Origin: Eledone cirrhosa
Taxonomy: Eukaryota
Direction of reading: 5' to 3'
Assembly: GCA_964016885.1 (NCBI GenBank)
Contig: OZ024745.1
Location: 94,116,001 to 94,180,000, forward strand
Length of the DNA stretch: 64,000 nucleotides
The notes beneath the pieces are model-generated. The model saw only the letters and a program-made list of their open reading frames with translations, searched no databases and was not told the origin of the DNA. This document shows, piece by piece, positions 39,042 to 52,216 of the stretch (position 1 is its first letter; the number at the start of each line of letters is the position of its first letter). Made by a program: the position numbers and the translations under genes.

Positions 39042-40302
39042 CTGGCTTTCTAAAATAATATGCCCCCAAATCAACACACGGACGCATGTGTGTTTGTGGG
39101 TTTGTGGTATTGTAAATCTGTCGGTTCCGATGAAATGTGTTCCAGTTGTTTGATCAACGGAACAGCCTGCGTGTGAAAATAGCCCCCAAGTGACTAAGCG
39201 TTCCACAGACACATATTCCCTTAACGTAAGGCTCAGGGAGATTTAGTGTGACCTTTAGATGAACCGGAGTCCCGATATATGATCAGGTGTTCCATCGAGT
39301 ACATTTTATCATGACACCAACAGGAGGGAGGTGGTCATATGTTTGGCACAGCTGACGGGCGGTAAAGAAGATATAATAGTATATCAAATATCAAATGATA
39401 CATATATATAAATATAGTAAAATAAGAAATATATAATATTTATTTATACATAGTATATATTATATTATTTATTATATATAAATTAACGATTTTATTTATT
39501 ATATGTTATTTACAATTTGCGTGTAGGCAGGTCTCTCTGGAAATAGGGTTGGGGCCACTGAGAGTATTACGTGGCCGCGAGGAGGGGGGCGGTGGCTCAG
39601 AAAGTTTTAGAATTTCTGATATAAACTATGCTCTTCTATCTATCTATCGATTAATTAATCAATATTGATTTCTTTCGATTGTATACAGAAATAAACTAAT
39701 CTAAGTGGAAAAGAAATGGGAGGCTGTCACATTTTCTATGGTATTAACCATATATGTTACGTGGTATAAATGTGATTTAGTAGTGGGTACTTTACATTAT
39801 ACTGTGGTCTTGGCTTTGCAAAAGCTTTGCCTTTTTTTTTTTTTACATCGATTCAATATTTATTTTTTCAATCAATCTTCATTAACAATCATTGTACCCC
39901 CCCCCCCCCACAAAAAAGTGAATTAAAATTAAAAAATTCACAAATTATGATAGTGAGAGGTAGGTTTGTATAGGTATCGGTGATTACATCGATCCTTCTG
40001 CTAGACAGGTACTTAGTTTATTGACTCCACCCCGTAAGGATAAAAAGCGGTGACCACAGTGATATATAAATATATTTTATTTTGATTTACAATTTGTGAA
40101 CTTTAGCGTCGTTTCTTACAAGTTTCCAACAGATCAATCATTGGAGTACAAATACCTTAATTGAACAAATGACATAATATTGATTGTACACTTCCATTTA
40201 TTAATTAAAGAATGGAAACATTGGTTGAAAGTTTCACTATGAACCTTTGAAATAACAGTCCTCCACATTATTTATACACACCATACACGCACATATATAC
40301 AT

Positions 40303-40588
40303 CTAAAGTCAAAAGTCTGTCTTAAGCCAAAAGGCTCATTTGGCCGGTGCTTATCCCGGTCTAATGGCGTGAAGCGACTGAGAGTACAAGACTTCCCCCT
40401 GGACAGGACGCCAGTCCATTGCAAGGTTACCCCCAACTATTTCAAGTACTCGTTTTTCAGCTGAGTATACTGGAGCAACGTGAAATGAAGTGTTTTGCTC
40501 AAGAACACAATACGCAACCCAGGAATCGAACCCATGACGTCATGATCGTATGTCCAACACCCTTACCACTAGACCACGTACCTCCACT
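40303..40588 (-). mobile_element. SINE family B
   Basis: Homologous to 37038-37309 and 45280-45570, with A and B boxes. Confidence 0.85.
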
Positions 40589-40841
40589 CATACACACACA
40601 CACACACATACACACATATATATATATACACACACACATATACATATATACATACTTACATCACATATAAGTGGAACACTGTATATGTTTTATTTGTATT
40701 ATATGTACATATATACACGTATAAATGTATAAACAGAAGCTCCGATTTATTGGTTTTTCTGCCCATATTTGCATCTTTTGTCGGCGTATTTTGTTTGCAT
40801 ATATTCGTCGGCGAAAGATAACAGGGACATATACATACATA

Positions 40842-41175
40842 CATGGTGGCTGCCAACTCGTTTTCGAGTACGGCCACTACTTTATATCCATGTAGGAGAA
40901 CCCCTACCGATGCGCTGAACGAGTGTGACTTTTCAGTCCAGTCAGCGGCTTGAAAACTCTGGTACAAACACTACACTTGTGACAATTATTGACACAAAGT
41001 GCTGGGCCCATGGTACCATGTGACGACAAGTGCAGAGAGATCTCCAGATATAAAGCAATGCCTGTGCCGTGAAGCTTTTATAGTGAGCAAAGGCACTGCA
41101 CAAAGCCAGTCCCACTCTCTTAACCAAGATGATATTTACCAAAAAGAAGAACAAGTCAACATCATTGGATACCAT
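40842..41175 (-). mobile_element. Non-autonomous bipartite RTE-derived element, 5'-truncated
   Basis: Near-identical to 18812-19143, flanked by CATA-like repeats. Confidence 0.85.
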
Positions 41176-41934
41176 ACATACACATATGCATACACACGCA
41201 CATTCACATATGTCGGAGAAATACTGAAAGAAAAGGGGGAGAGGTAACTCACACTCGTTTTCGGGAAAGACAGATTGATCTGGCTTTCTGTTTAGATGAA
41301 AAGGACCTCACTTTTTTAAAAAGATTTAAACTGAAAGGCTCATCGTCTCAGGAGAATTTGAATTTTAATGTTCAGAAAGTACTCGAGTCCATCCAAACTA
41401 AAAGTCTGTCTGGCTACTATCATGTTATTGATGTTGACAACCTCCTCCATCAGCCACCAATGCCTTTTGAACAACGGGGAAGTTGTTACAAGAGGACTGT
41501 GATGGTGTTTGTTGGTTTTCTTGTTGGTGCTGTTGTTCTTGTACAGTTTTGATTTTTCACTTTCGTTTTAGAGTTGGGGTTATGAATGTTGCTTATGCTG
41601 TTGTTGTTGCGGTGATTGTGTTTGTATTGATGTCATGCTAAATGCCGGGGATTTAATTTCCTTTTTAGTTATTAATCTTGATCGGCTTCTGTTGTGAATC
41701 ATTTAAAAAAATCTCCGACACTGGACTCTTTTGGGGTTGTTTTTTGTACGGGTTTCTCCTCATCGCATATTGATGTACCACTGTCCAAGATGTCCGTCTG
41801 AGAAGAGTGTGTGAAAGGTTTATCCCCTGCAATAGGGTTTCATCATATTAAGGGTGGTGGTGGTGATAATAACGGGGTATTATTTTTTTCCGAGGTTTAA
41901 GTGTCGGCCGCTGCTGCTGTTGTTACTATTCTCC

Positions 41935-42400
41935 TTGCTGTTGTTGTTATTGTAGACAGACGGTCTGCATGTGGTTTGAGCTGTATTTGGTGTGGCACTT
42001 GTGTCTTCTGCCCTCCATTGTCTAGGTGTCGGTCACTGCTGTTGTTGCTGTTGTTATTATTGTAGCCAGACAGCCCGCATGTGGTTTGAGCTGCCATTTG
42101 TGTGGCACTAGTGTCTTCTGCCCTCTATCGTTACAGTTTACTGAACACCGTTCAGGAAGTGTATCAACTCTGGAATCTTGTCCAGATGTTCAGGTTTTAC
42201 TTGAATTGAGATCTCCAGTCACTCTCTTAACAAGGGCTCCTAGTTATATACTTTTACTTCCAACAACGAGTTTTCGTTACTGTGGATGTCGCCTTCTACC
42301 ATATGTTCAATTTTGGTGGGATATTATGATTTTTAACACCACGTGTTTCCCTGAATTTGTTAGAAGTTGATGCGCTATTCTTTTTTCCGTTGTTGTGATT
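41935..42400 (-). pseudogene. Possible LINE ORF1 (L1/Tx1-like) remnant with duplicated degenerate CCHC knuckle
   Basis: EGRRHKCHTKYSSNHMQTVC and EGRRH*CHTNGSSNHMRAVW in a ~113-bp tandem duplication. Confidence 0.4.
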
Positions 42401-43089
42401 TCTTATTATGCTCGGCAAAAGAGGGAAATCAACTACATCAAAACAGAATCTTGATATGATGCCGTCACTACATTTGGTGCTACCTCTGTTGTTGATGTTG
42501 TTGCTGTAAATACTGTTTTTACCTTTCTGTAATCACGCGTGCAGCGTCAGTTATCCGTAAAGAGGTAGTGATTCATCTACTATTTTAGAGTAGATATCTG
42601 CCCTATAAAGAATCTTAACAGAGCTATCTGAATTAAAGCAAGTGTTTTCACTTCGACCCAAAATAGAGTTAAAATTGTCGCTAATGTTGCTGCTATTACT
42701 GCTGTTTTTGTTGTTGATTCAATTTTCCTTCTTTCTTTGTTGCCTTTAATGTAGCTTCTTGAAAGCTACGTTGCAAACTTTGTAACATGCACGTCTTTGT
42801 CGTACGTTGATTCTCAGTCTCTCTCTATCACAGTATCTTCTAACTCGAATATTATTATTTTTTAACCGCTTCCACTTTTAAACTGGGGAATTATTTCGAA
42901 GGAAAATTTGAAGCCGCGACATCATCAGGTGTCGTTCCGAAAATGTAAACCGCACATAGACTCAGTGGGTTGGATGTTCTCTACATTTCTATCTACTCTA
43001 AACACATGGATAGTTGCACAAAACAAGGGCAATCACAACTCCTCCTCCTCCCCCTCCCCCTCCTCCCCCTTCTACTACTACTAATTTTT

Positions 43090-43292
43090 TCTGATATAGG
43101 CACGAGGCTAAACAATTTTGGAGGGGAAAGGCAATTAAATCGACCCCAATGCATTACTGGTGCTTTATTTTATCGACTCCGTAAGGATGAAAGGCGAGGT
43201 TAACCTCTGTGGGATTTGAAATCAGAACGTAAAGGGCCGTAACTATATGCCGCAACGCATGTCCATCGCTATACCGATACTGCCAAACCACC
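43090..43292 (-). mobile_element. SINE family A
   Basis: Family A consensus match. Confidence 0.75.
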
Positions 43293-44548
43293 ACCACCAC
43301 CACCACCACCACTACTACTACTAGATGATCCTCAAGTAGTACTCAGTGTTCTGAATAATGTCAAATTCGTGACTATCTTATAAATAAAGCGGATCTAGAG
43401 ATCCGTTTAGTGCGAAGAATTCGTTTTAATGCATTAATGTTAGCTTGCAGCTTAATCTCAACTAATTCTTCGTAAATAAATAAGATTACATGAGTTTTTT
43501 TTGTTTGCTTTAAATTGCTTTTGTGTTTTCTGTTCAATATGAAACGTATTACATGTTACATCTCTGACTTAATACAATCACAATGAAATTGTTTTGATAA
43601 CGTTTTCAGCATAATTGTTTCTGTAAAATGGATGCAGAAAGCAGGATATATTGTAAGATAAATAAGCTAGATATGATGTGCTGAATATAATACAAAAAGT
43701 ATTTTTAATTAATCAAAATTTCCCTTAGTGGCAACTGTAGACGACCCTAAAAGTAATGGGGAGGTAATTTCAAGAAATTAAGAACTAATCCCTCAAAAGA
43801 GTTCCAGGGAAAAGATTGATTATTGTTTATACCTTGGGATATATCGACAAAGAAATCAATATTCATAACGTATCAAGTTTTCATAATAATTTCATAAAAC
43901 TAATAATTAGAGAAAGCTGCCATAGAAATGGCATGAGGTAAAAAAAGAATTTACGAAATCGATTGTTATATATTCGGATTTTGCGTAAGATAAATAAAAA
44001 AGCCAGATACTCAGAAATTATGTCCTTTAATAAGCAGGTTTATAGTTTGCTCTCAGGTATATCATTTCTGTAATACTACTTAGAAGAATAGATTTGAAAA
44101 ATGCAACAATTCATTATATTTATTTATTGTAGATAATTTCTCGAGCATATTAGCATTTGTATTTCTTGTAATGAAAGAACATTTTATAGAAAAAATATTT
44201 TTATTTTTTGAAACAAGTAAAATATATAAAATAAAATACCTTTAAATGAATAACATCATTTTTACTATACTGTTAAAGAATTCATTGTAAAATTGATATG
44301 ATAAATTTGAAAATATTACTGCTTTGTTTGCATGTCTAGCAATATTTAAGCCAAATAAAGGACTCGAATTTATTACAACCAAGTAACAAAACTGTCACCA
44401 AATTGACGTTACGACCCATTACTTTATAATCTGTGAACGCAATGAGAAGAGAAAGCACTGTATTGTTGACAGAATATAAATCAAAACCTCCTCATGATCT
44501 GATAACCTACTTAGACGGACTCCACAGCTCAACTTAGCTATTTAAGAG

Positions 44549-44610
44549 AGTTCAAATACATTCCATTGAGTTCAAATACATTCCATTGAGTTCAAATACA
44601 TTCCATTGAG
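44549..44610. repeat. 20-bp tandem repeat x3 (GAGTTCAAATACATTCCATT)
   Basis: Direct inspection. Confidence 0.9.
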
Positions 44611-44939
44611 CACAAGTAAGCAGTAGGATCATATATGCAATGTGGATAAGAAGAAAATATATTGTCCTTATTTAGATCCAGAGGTGGGTGGGAGGTGGAG
44701 TATGCTTCTGTTTCTATACTAGAAAAAGACAGCTATCTCTAATAACAACATTTTCAAGCTTTCTTTGATTCACATTAGTTCAATTTACTTAATAGGAATA
44801 TAATTCCGAACCGATGTTTCTCTATAACTTTGAGACTCGGTTGTCTTATTAATAAGTTTCGTTATTATTTTAAAGTTAATTAACGAAAAAGAAAGTTTCC
44901 ACAATCATTTAGCATCTCCCTGAATTTTATGGTGCAAAG

Positions 44940-45130
44940 AATTGTTTCTACTTTTGGCACAAAGCCAGCAATTACCCCAGTGTATTACTGGTGCTTTATT
45001 TTATCGATCCCGCAAGGATGAAGGACAAAGTTAACCTCGGCGGGATTTGAACTCAGAACGTAAAGAGACATAACTCTATTCTGCAAAGCATGGTGTCTGA
45101 CACTCTACCGATACTGCCAATCAACCGCCT
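44940..45130 (-). mobile_element. SINE family A
   Basis: Full-length consensus match. Confidence 0.85.
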
Positions 45131-45277
45131 ACAACGATACAAATAGTACAGTGACATTACTAGAGTTAATCTTTAGGTCTAACTTATTTAAGCCGGGAGT
45201 TTGAAAGAAATGGACAAGAGGAAGTTCCAAGTTATTTGGAAATGTATTTCATATGGTGTCTGACATACAAGAAACAT

Positions 45278-45570
45278 AAAGTCTAAAAAAGTCTAAAGTC
45301 TGTCTTAAGCCAGAAGGCTGATTTGGCCGGTACTCATCCCGGTTTTATGGCATGAAGCGACTGAGAGTACAAGAATCCCCCCTGGACAGGACGGCAGTCC
45401 ATCGCAGGGTTAAACCCCCAGCTATTGCTGGTACTCATTTTCAGCTGAGTATACTGGAGAACGTGAAATGCAGTGTTTTGCTCAAGAACACAACACACAA
45501 CCCAGGAATCGAACCCACAACATTATGATCGTAAGTCAAACACCCTTACCACTAAGCCATGTGCCTCCAT
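45278..45570 (-). mobile_element. SINE family B, full length
   Basis: A box tggcttagtgg, B box ggttcgattcc, V-like core, (gacttta)n tail. Confidence 0.85.
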
Positions 45571-45790
45571 TAAAAAAAAACAGTAAGGTATCAGGAAACT
45601 AATTGGGGGAAGTCGTGGTTTGTATTCTGTTAATAAGGCAGTACTATCACGTGCAGCTGTAGTTTTGTGATGTGTATGTGGTTAAAGATTGTCATATAGA
45701 GTACTTGTAGAACAAGCAATACTAGGATCTATGAATATGATGTAGATGTGGTTAGAGACTGTAATATCGAGCCCTTGTAGAACAAATAAT

Positions 45791-45974
45791 TGTTTCTACT
45801 TTAGGCACAAGGCCAGCATTTACACAGTGCATTACTGGTACTTTATTTTATCGACCCCGTAAGGATGAAAGGCAAAGTCAACCTCGGCGGGATTTGAACT
45901 CAGATCGTAAAGGGACATAACTATGCTGGAAAGCATGGCGTCCGACTCTCTACCGATACTGCCAATCCACCGCC
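45791..45974 (-). mobile_element. SINE family A with TSD
   Basis: TSD ttgtagaacaaataat. Confidence 0.88.
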
Positions 45975-46127
45975 TTGTAGAACAAATAATATTGGGTTCT
46001 ATGAATATTTCTTGAGCAATAACAGTGTATTATGACCAAGATATTTCTTTCAGATGATCAGCGTTTCTTTTATGAAGCTGTTGAATGAGATTATGCTGTC
46101 ATATCTCCATTCAAAAACAACCGACAT

Positions 46128-46315
46128 GATACCCTGGGGTAGACCCTGAGCAAGATGGTTGGATAATATCCATGAGCTTGGCTGATCTCGCTTGGGGATC
46201 CAGCCGGATCAATTGGAGACAGTAGATTCTGACAGGACTCGCCGGAAGGAGTGTTTGAGGACTCTGCTCCCCACGACCTTCTCAGGAATAAGTGGACGAA
46301 GAAGAAGAAGAAGAA
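46128..46315 (+). mobile_element. RTE (Expander-like) 3' fragment
   Basis: Homologous to 5180-5355, with a (GAA)n tail. Confidence 0.8.
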
Positions 46316-46507
46316 AAGAGGCATAGCCAGTTGACATATTATCAGTATTTGTTTTATTAACAATGGAGGTATGAAAAGCAAATCGAACAATGGCAAAATT
46401 TGACCTAAGTACGTAGAGGGCTGAAACTAAATACTGAAATATATATACATTCTCAAGCTCTATTGTAACTGCTTTCTTTACTTTTTGATAAAACAAATAG
46501 AAATAAT

Positions 46508-46626
46508 TGTTTCTACTTTTGGCACAAGGCCAGCAATTACCCAGTACATTACTGGTACTTTATTTTATCGACCCCGTAAGGATGAAAGGCAAAGTTAACC
46601 TCGGCGAGATTTGAACTCAGATCGTA
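46508..46626 (-). mobile_element. 5'-truncated SINE family A with TSD
   Basis: TSD taaaacaaatagaaataat. Confidence 0.85.
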
Positions 46627-46772
46627 AAACAAATAGAAATAATATTACATCGAAATATAAAAAAAAATATCTTCTCTTAGGATCAGTAAATAAATGCGAT
46701 TTCACTATAACATTTCTTTGTATGTGTGTATGTATATATATATGTGTATCTATATATGCATTTATATATATA

Positions 46773-46843
<71 letters not shown>

Positions 46844-46918
46844 ATTTACATATATATATTATCTATATATATCATACACACACACATATATATATACATG
46901 TATATGTGTGTGTATGTT

Positions 46919-46951
<33 letters not shown>

Positions 46952-47521
46952 TGTTAAACGTCTATTATATCCAATATTCTTTGTGACACAGTGGGAATAA
47001 ACCTCAGATTGATACAATATTCCATGAATCAATAATTATAAAGGTAATAGACAATACAAATGTGCGAGCGAGCAAATAGTTCTTATAAAGTAATATTTTA
47101 TAGAAATCCTTGACTGTCAGGCTGGTAAAATAGATAAAAATATGTTGTTAGTAATATATTTCAAAAGCGAATATCACTAAGACAACTTTCCAGTCAGGGC
47201 TGATCATGCTTTATCATGATGCTACATATCTCACGTCATTTATCTGCCATAATCCTTGATATTGTATCGAATTTCTCAAATAGGATCATAGATTCAATGA
47301 TTTCTTGTGATACAATTAGTGTATAGCTGAAGATAGAATGTTGGTGGGACGGGAATATTTATTAGTGAAGAATGTAGCTTGAAGCTTGTTTCAGTAAAGT
47401 TCTTTTTTTTTTACCACTGATTCTTGTATATTTCAGCAGTGTGAAATAAAGAGAGGGCGATATATATATATATATATATATATGAGGGTGTTTAAGTTTG
47501 CTTGAAGCATTGTGAAATATG

Positions 47522-47712
47522 TAAAATACGTAGTTTAGAAAGCCACAAAAATGCAGATGGGCGTGAGCCCGAAATATTGGGATTAAATCTCCACTACGGT
47601 AATCCTTCTACCTTTGTTTTGTTTTCGTTTCTCTCATTTTTCTCTTTTCTCTCTCATTTCCTACCTCGAGATTTCCCATCTGCATTGTTGTGGCTTTCTA
47701 AACTACGTATTT

Positions 47713-47714
<2 letters not shown>
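47522..47714. repeat. 40-bp inverted repeat pair enclosing ~110 bp
   Basis: taaaatacgtagtttagaaagccacaaaaatgcagatggg and its reverse complement, with one mismatch. Confidence 0.8.
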
Positions 47715-47744
<30 letters not shown>

Positions 47745-48355
47745 CATATATATACATATATATACATATATACATACATATATATACATATATATACATA
47801 TACATACATATATATACATATATATACATATACATACATATACATATATATACATATACATACATATACATATATATACATATACATACATATACATATA
47901 TATACATACATATACATACATATACATACATATACATATACATATACATACATATACATATACATACATATACATACATATACATATATATACATATATA
48001 TATATATACATATACATATACATACATATACATATATATATACATATACATACATATATATATATACATACATATATATATATACATACATATATATATA
48101 TACATACATATACATACATACATATACATACATATATATATATACATATACATACATATACATATACATATATATACATATACATATATATACATATACA
48201 TATATATACATATACATACACATACATATACATACATATACATATACATACATATACATACATATACATATACATACATATACATACATATACATATACA
48301 TACATATACATATACATACATATACATATACATACATATACATACATATACATAT

Positions 48356-48386
<31 letters not shown>

Positions 48387-48433
48387 CATACATATACATA
48401 CATATATATATATATACATATATACATATATAC

Positions 48434-48480
<47 letters not shown>

Positions 48481-48481
48481 C

Positions 48482-48512
<31 letters not shown>

Positions 48513-48533
48513 CATATACATATATATATATAT
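47715..48533. repeat. Compound (TA)n/(TACA)n/(TACATA)n microsatellite
   Basis: Direct inspection. Confidence 0.95.
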
Positions 48534-49303
48534 AAATGGAAAAAATGAAACGAAATTTCATTTCTCACTCTTAGTACGGCTGTTACTTAAATATAAGTAT
48601 GTATACGTACATACATATATGTATACAGACGTACAGTAGTATGTATATATATACATACATGCACACACATATATATATGTACGTATGAATTCACCGAACA
48701 CTTATTATAATGTTCGGTTTGTTTGTAAACAAACATCCCGAATTAAGCCGTACAGTGTTTAACAACCATCGTTGCCCTTTTGTTCAACACTGACAAAGGA
48801 ACGATGTACTAGTTTCAAGCTTATTAGCTATCGTCAGCACCGTATACCTTCCTGCCAGATGATTGAACGTCTGACAGTATATACTTTCCTTATGCATATT
48901 AACGGCTGAGCAGCCTAATTTGAATATTGGGTGAGTTCAGTCGGCCGGGCGCACCGAAAACGATAAATGGAAAAAATGAAACGAAATTTCATTTCTCACT
49001 CTCAGTACGGCTGTTACTTAATATAAGTATGTATACGTACATACATATTTGTATACAGACGTACAGTAGTATGTGTATATATATACATACATTCACACAT
49101 ATATATATATATGTACGTATGGATTCACCGAACATTTATTATAATGCTCGGTTTGTTTGTAAACAAACATCCCGAATTAAGCCGTACAGTGTTTAGCAAC
49201 CATCGTTGCCCTTTTGTTCAACACTGACAAAGGAACGATGTACTAGTTTCAAGCTCATTAGCTATCGTTTACAAACAAACCGAGCATTATAATAAATGTT
49301 CGG
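48533..49303 (-). mobile_element. Non-coding hammerhead-bearing tandem repeat (retrozyme / non-autonomous PLE-like), ~431-bp period
   Basis: 48533-48834 repeats at 48964-49268, followed by a short inverted segment at 49268-49303. Confidence 0.7.
48801..48843 (-). ncRNA. Minimal type I hammerhead ribozyme
   Basis: acggtg-CTGACGA-t agct aata agct t-GAA-ACTAGT-A-catcgt. 6-bp stem I, palindromic stem III, GUA cleavage triplet. Confidence 0.82.
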
Positions 49304-49639
49304 TATTTACATGTAGGTATGTGTGTGCGCTTGTTATATACGTATTTATTTATTTATATACGTTTATTTAATTATATGTATAGACGCACACACACACACA
49401 TATATATACATATATTTTTTTTAAATATATATTTTTATGTGTATTTGGTGTATACATTCGTATGCGTGCGGGTACAGGCGTTGCGTGGGTTCTGTATGTG
49501 CGTGCGGGTTTTTTTTTGTGTACGTGCGTGTATTTGTATACCTATGGCGAGTGTTTTCGCGTATGCTTGTGTATGTATGTATTGGATGCGTGTATGTATT
49601 TATTTAATTTCAATTACCTCTGTATTTTATTTACTTTAT

Positions 49640-50192
49640 TCTTAACTCTGAAGCCGAGAATCATTCGGTTTCCTAGTTAGAATTTTTGTCTACGACTTCA
49701 GTTAAACCATTTACGTGGTTTTGTCTTTGCGTGCAATTGTTCTCCGCGCTCCACATATGACGTATTATCTTCGTTTTTCCCGTTCATTGCCAGAGAACGT
49801 TTCTATGACCCACCTAGTAGAATATTAGTCTACGACTTCATTTATACCATAAACGTGGTTTTGTCTTTGCGTGTAATTGTTTTTCACCGCTCCAAATAAT
49901 GACGTATTATATTCGTTTTTTCCCGTTCTTTGCCAGGGAACGTTTCCACGAACCAAAGTATCGTCTTCCAGTCTTCCTCCGGTTGAAACGTTTTTTGAAA
50001 TATTCACTTCTGCGTTCACAGATTGACTTTTTTAGTTTCAGAAGATCCCGTTAAGGGTGAAAGCAGCGATTCTTTGCTTAAACTTTAATCTGTTATTTTA
50101 ATAAATATTTGCTCTACGGTTCTTATCTATTTGATATATATTTATCCTTATCGAGCCCTCTCTGGACTTTAGTCTTCAAATTTATTATTATT
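49640..50192 (+). mobile_element. PLE-like pseudo-LTR fragment with internal ~140-bp tandem duplication and variant hammerhead (50034-50084)
   Basis: Homologous to 21960-22163 and 10643-10755. Confidence 0.6.
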
Positions 50193-50235
50193 ACTATATA
50201 TATATATATATATGTTTGACCCCGACGGCAGAGCT

Positions 50236-50430
50236 CAATAATAGACCAAACCTATAGTGTAGTTTAGCCCTAGGACAGCAAGGATAACCAAACCTATAGT
50301 GTAGTTTAGCCCCAGGACAGCAATAATAGACCACCAAACCTATAGTGTAGTTTAGCCCTAGGACAGCAATAATAGACCAAACCTATAGTGTAGTTTAGCC
50401 CTAGGACAGCAAGGATAACCAAACCTATAG
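50236..50430. repeat. Detached mini-array (~4.5 units) of the 43/42-bp satellite
   Basis: Same unit sequence as 52217-62153. Confidence 0.95.
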
Positions 50431-50439
50431 ATATATAGT

Positions 50440-50876
50440 GAGAGAGTGAGTCGGTTTCTAACATAAAACAAGACTCATTGGAATTTAGACAACACCAACT
50501 AGGTAAATATATATGTCTGTGTGTACGTATGTGCAGGTATTGATGTTATTACATGTGTGGATCTGTATGTTTTGAGTTATATGTGTACACGTGCATATGT
50601 TTCTGTATCTATACATGTGTATATGCAGTTATTACATGTTGAATTTCTTAAATATTATGCATACTTTTACAATTCTGTTAATGAACTGTACATGCAATTT
50701 CTTAACTAGTCGTGCTCTTTCTGGTTCTGTGAAGCCCAACTTCTCCAGATTTGTAATGAGGCAGTTAGTAATATATTCCAGAGCCCCAATGATCAAAGGT
50801 ACAAATCTAAAGGTATAGTCAGAGTGGAGTATCTGCAGATTCCTCATTAAGTCAGCATAAATGTTCTCCTTTTTGC
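50440..50876 (-). mobile_element. Diverged 3' fragment of an R4/Dong-like element
   Basis: KKENIYADLMRNLQILHSDYTFRFVPLIIGAL..LEKLGF; 3' UTR similar to 28820-29010. Confidence 0.85.
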
Positions 50877-50940
50877 TATGCATGTGCGCTCGTACACACA
50901 CACACAGAGACACACACACACACATATATATATACACACA

Positions 50941-50972
<32 letters not shown>

Positions 50973-51449
50973 AGAGGCTTCGTATGTATATAAAAGACAC
51001 GAATTGAAGAAATAGATTGCACCAGTACAAACAAATTCGATTTCTTCATTACGTTTACCCCCGTACAGATGCAGATCCACACGATTTACTTTATTTTGTT
51101 TGTTAGAATTGTACAGCAAACTTATGTTCTTATCATGGTTATTTTGCGTTTGAAGGAGAATGAAATAAGCGAAGACAACTGCAGTTTTCCGTCCTTTCTA
51201 AGTAGAAGTTAATGCAAATCCTAACAATCCGTACAAATGGAATAAAACAGAGTTAATTGAACAAGACAAGTCTTCGTGAGTCGACAGAAATCTTCGATGA
51301 GTATGTTTAGATACACTTTAGATCAAAACCATAGTGACGAATTGACAGAGTTATTACGGTGTCAGATAGAATGTCTTTTAATATTTCTTCCAGCTCAATA
51401 CACATCGAGTTTAAATTCCGCCATGTTTCCTTTCTCATTAATGTAATAA

Positions 51450-52040
51450 TGGTTTCTTATATAGGCACAAGGCCAGCAATGTGGGGGGCGGGAAGTGTAG
51501 ATTAAATCGACCCCAGTACGTTACTGGTACTTTATTTTATCGACCCCGTAAGGATAAAAGGCAAAGCTAAACTCGGCGGGATTTAAACTCATACCATAAA
51601 GAGCCGTAACTCTATGCTGCAAAGCATGGTGTCCGACTCTCTACCGATACTGCCAACCCACCGCCCTATGATAATAATAATAATAATTGTTTCTACTTTT
51701 GGCACAAGGCCAGCAATTACCCAGTGCATTACTGGTACTTTATTTTATCGACCCCGTAAGGTTGAAAAGCGAAGTTAACATTGAAAGGCAAAATGGTTTC
51801 TTATATAGGCAAAAGGCCAGCAATTCTGAGTTCAAATCCTGCCGCCGTCAACTTTGCCTTTCTTCCTTACGGGGTCGATAAAATAAAATCGACCCCAGTG
51901 CGTGACTGGTACTTTATTTTATCGACCCCGTAAGGAAGAAAGGCAAAGTTGACGGCGGCGGGATTTGAACTCAGATCGTAAAGGGCCGTAACTCTATACT
52001 ACAAAGCATGGTGTCCGACCCTCTACCGATACTGCCAATC
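51450..52040. mobile_element. Cluster of SINE family A copies including an inverted duplication
   Basis: Copies at 51450-51666 (-), 51686-51780 (-), 51825-51887 (+) and 51888-52040 (-). Confidence 0.8.
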
Positions 52041-52216
52041 GAACCGTTGGTAGTCATAATGTTAGTATCATGTAGATGATGTCAATAGTAAGGAATGGAA
52101 ATGTATTGATGGGGCCGTTGAGGTTATGCATGGCAGAACTGGAGAAAAAAAGTAGCAGCGAAGTATGTTCTGGTGATGGTAACATACATGCTGGTAGTTA
52201 TATTGTAGTGATTGTT

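Noticed and set aside
39525-39620. hAT-type MITE end
   Set aside because: Only one weak terminus-like sequence was seen, with no partner TIR or 8-bp TSD.
43600-44100. Possible old LINE RT remnant (YLG-like segment near 43830); similar coding-looking DNA at 3600-4200
   Set aside because: Too degenerate to support by eye.
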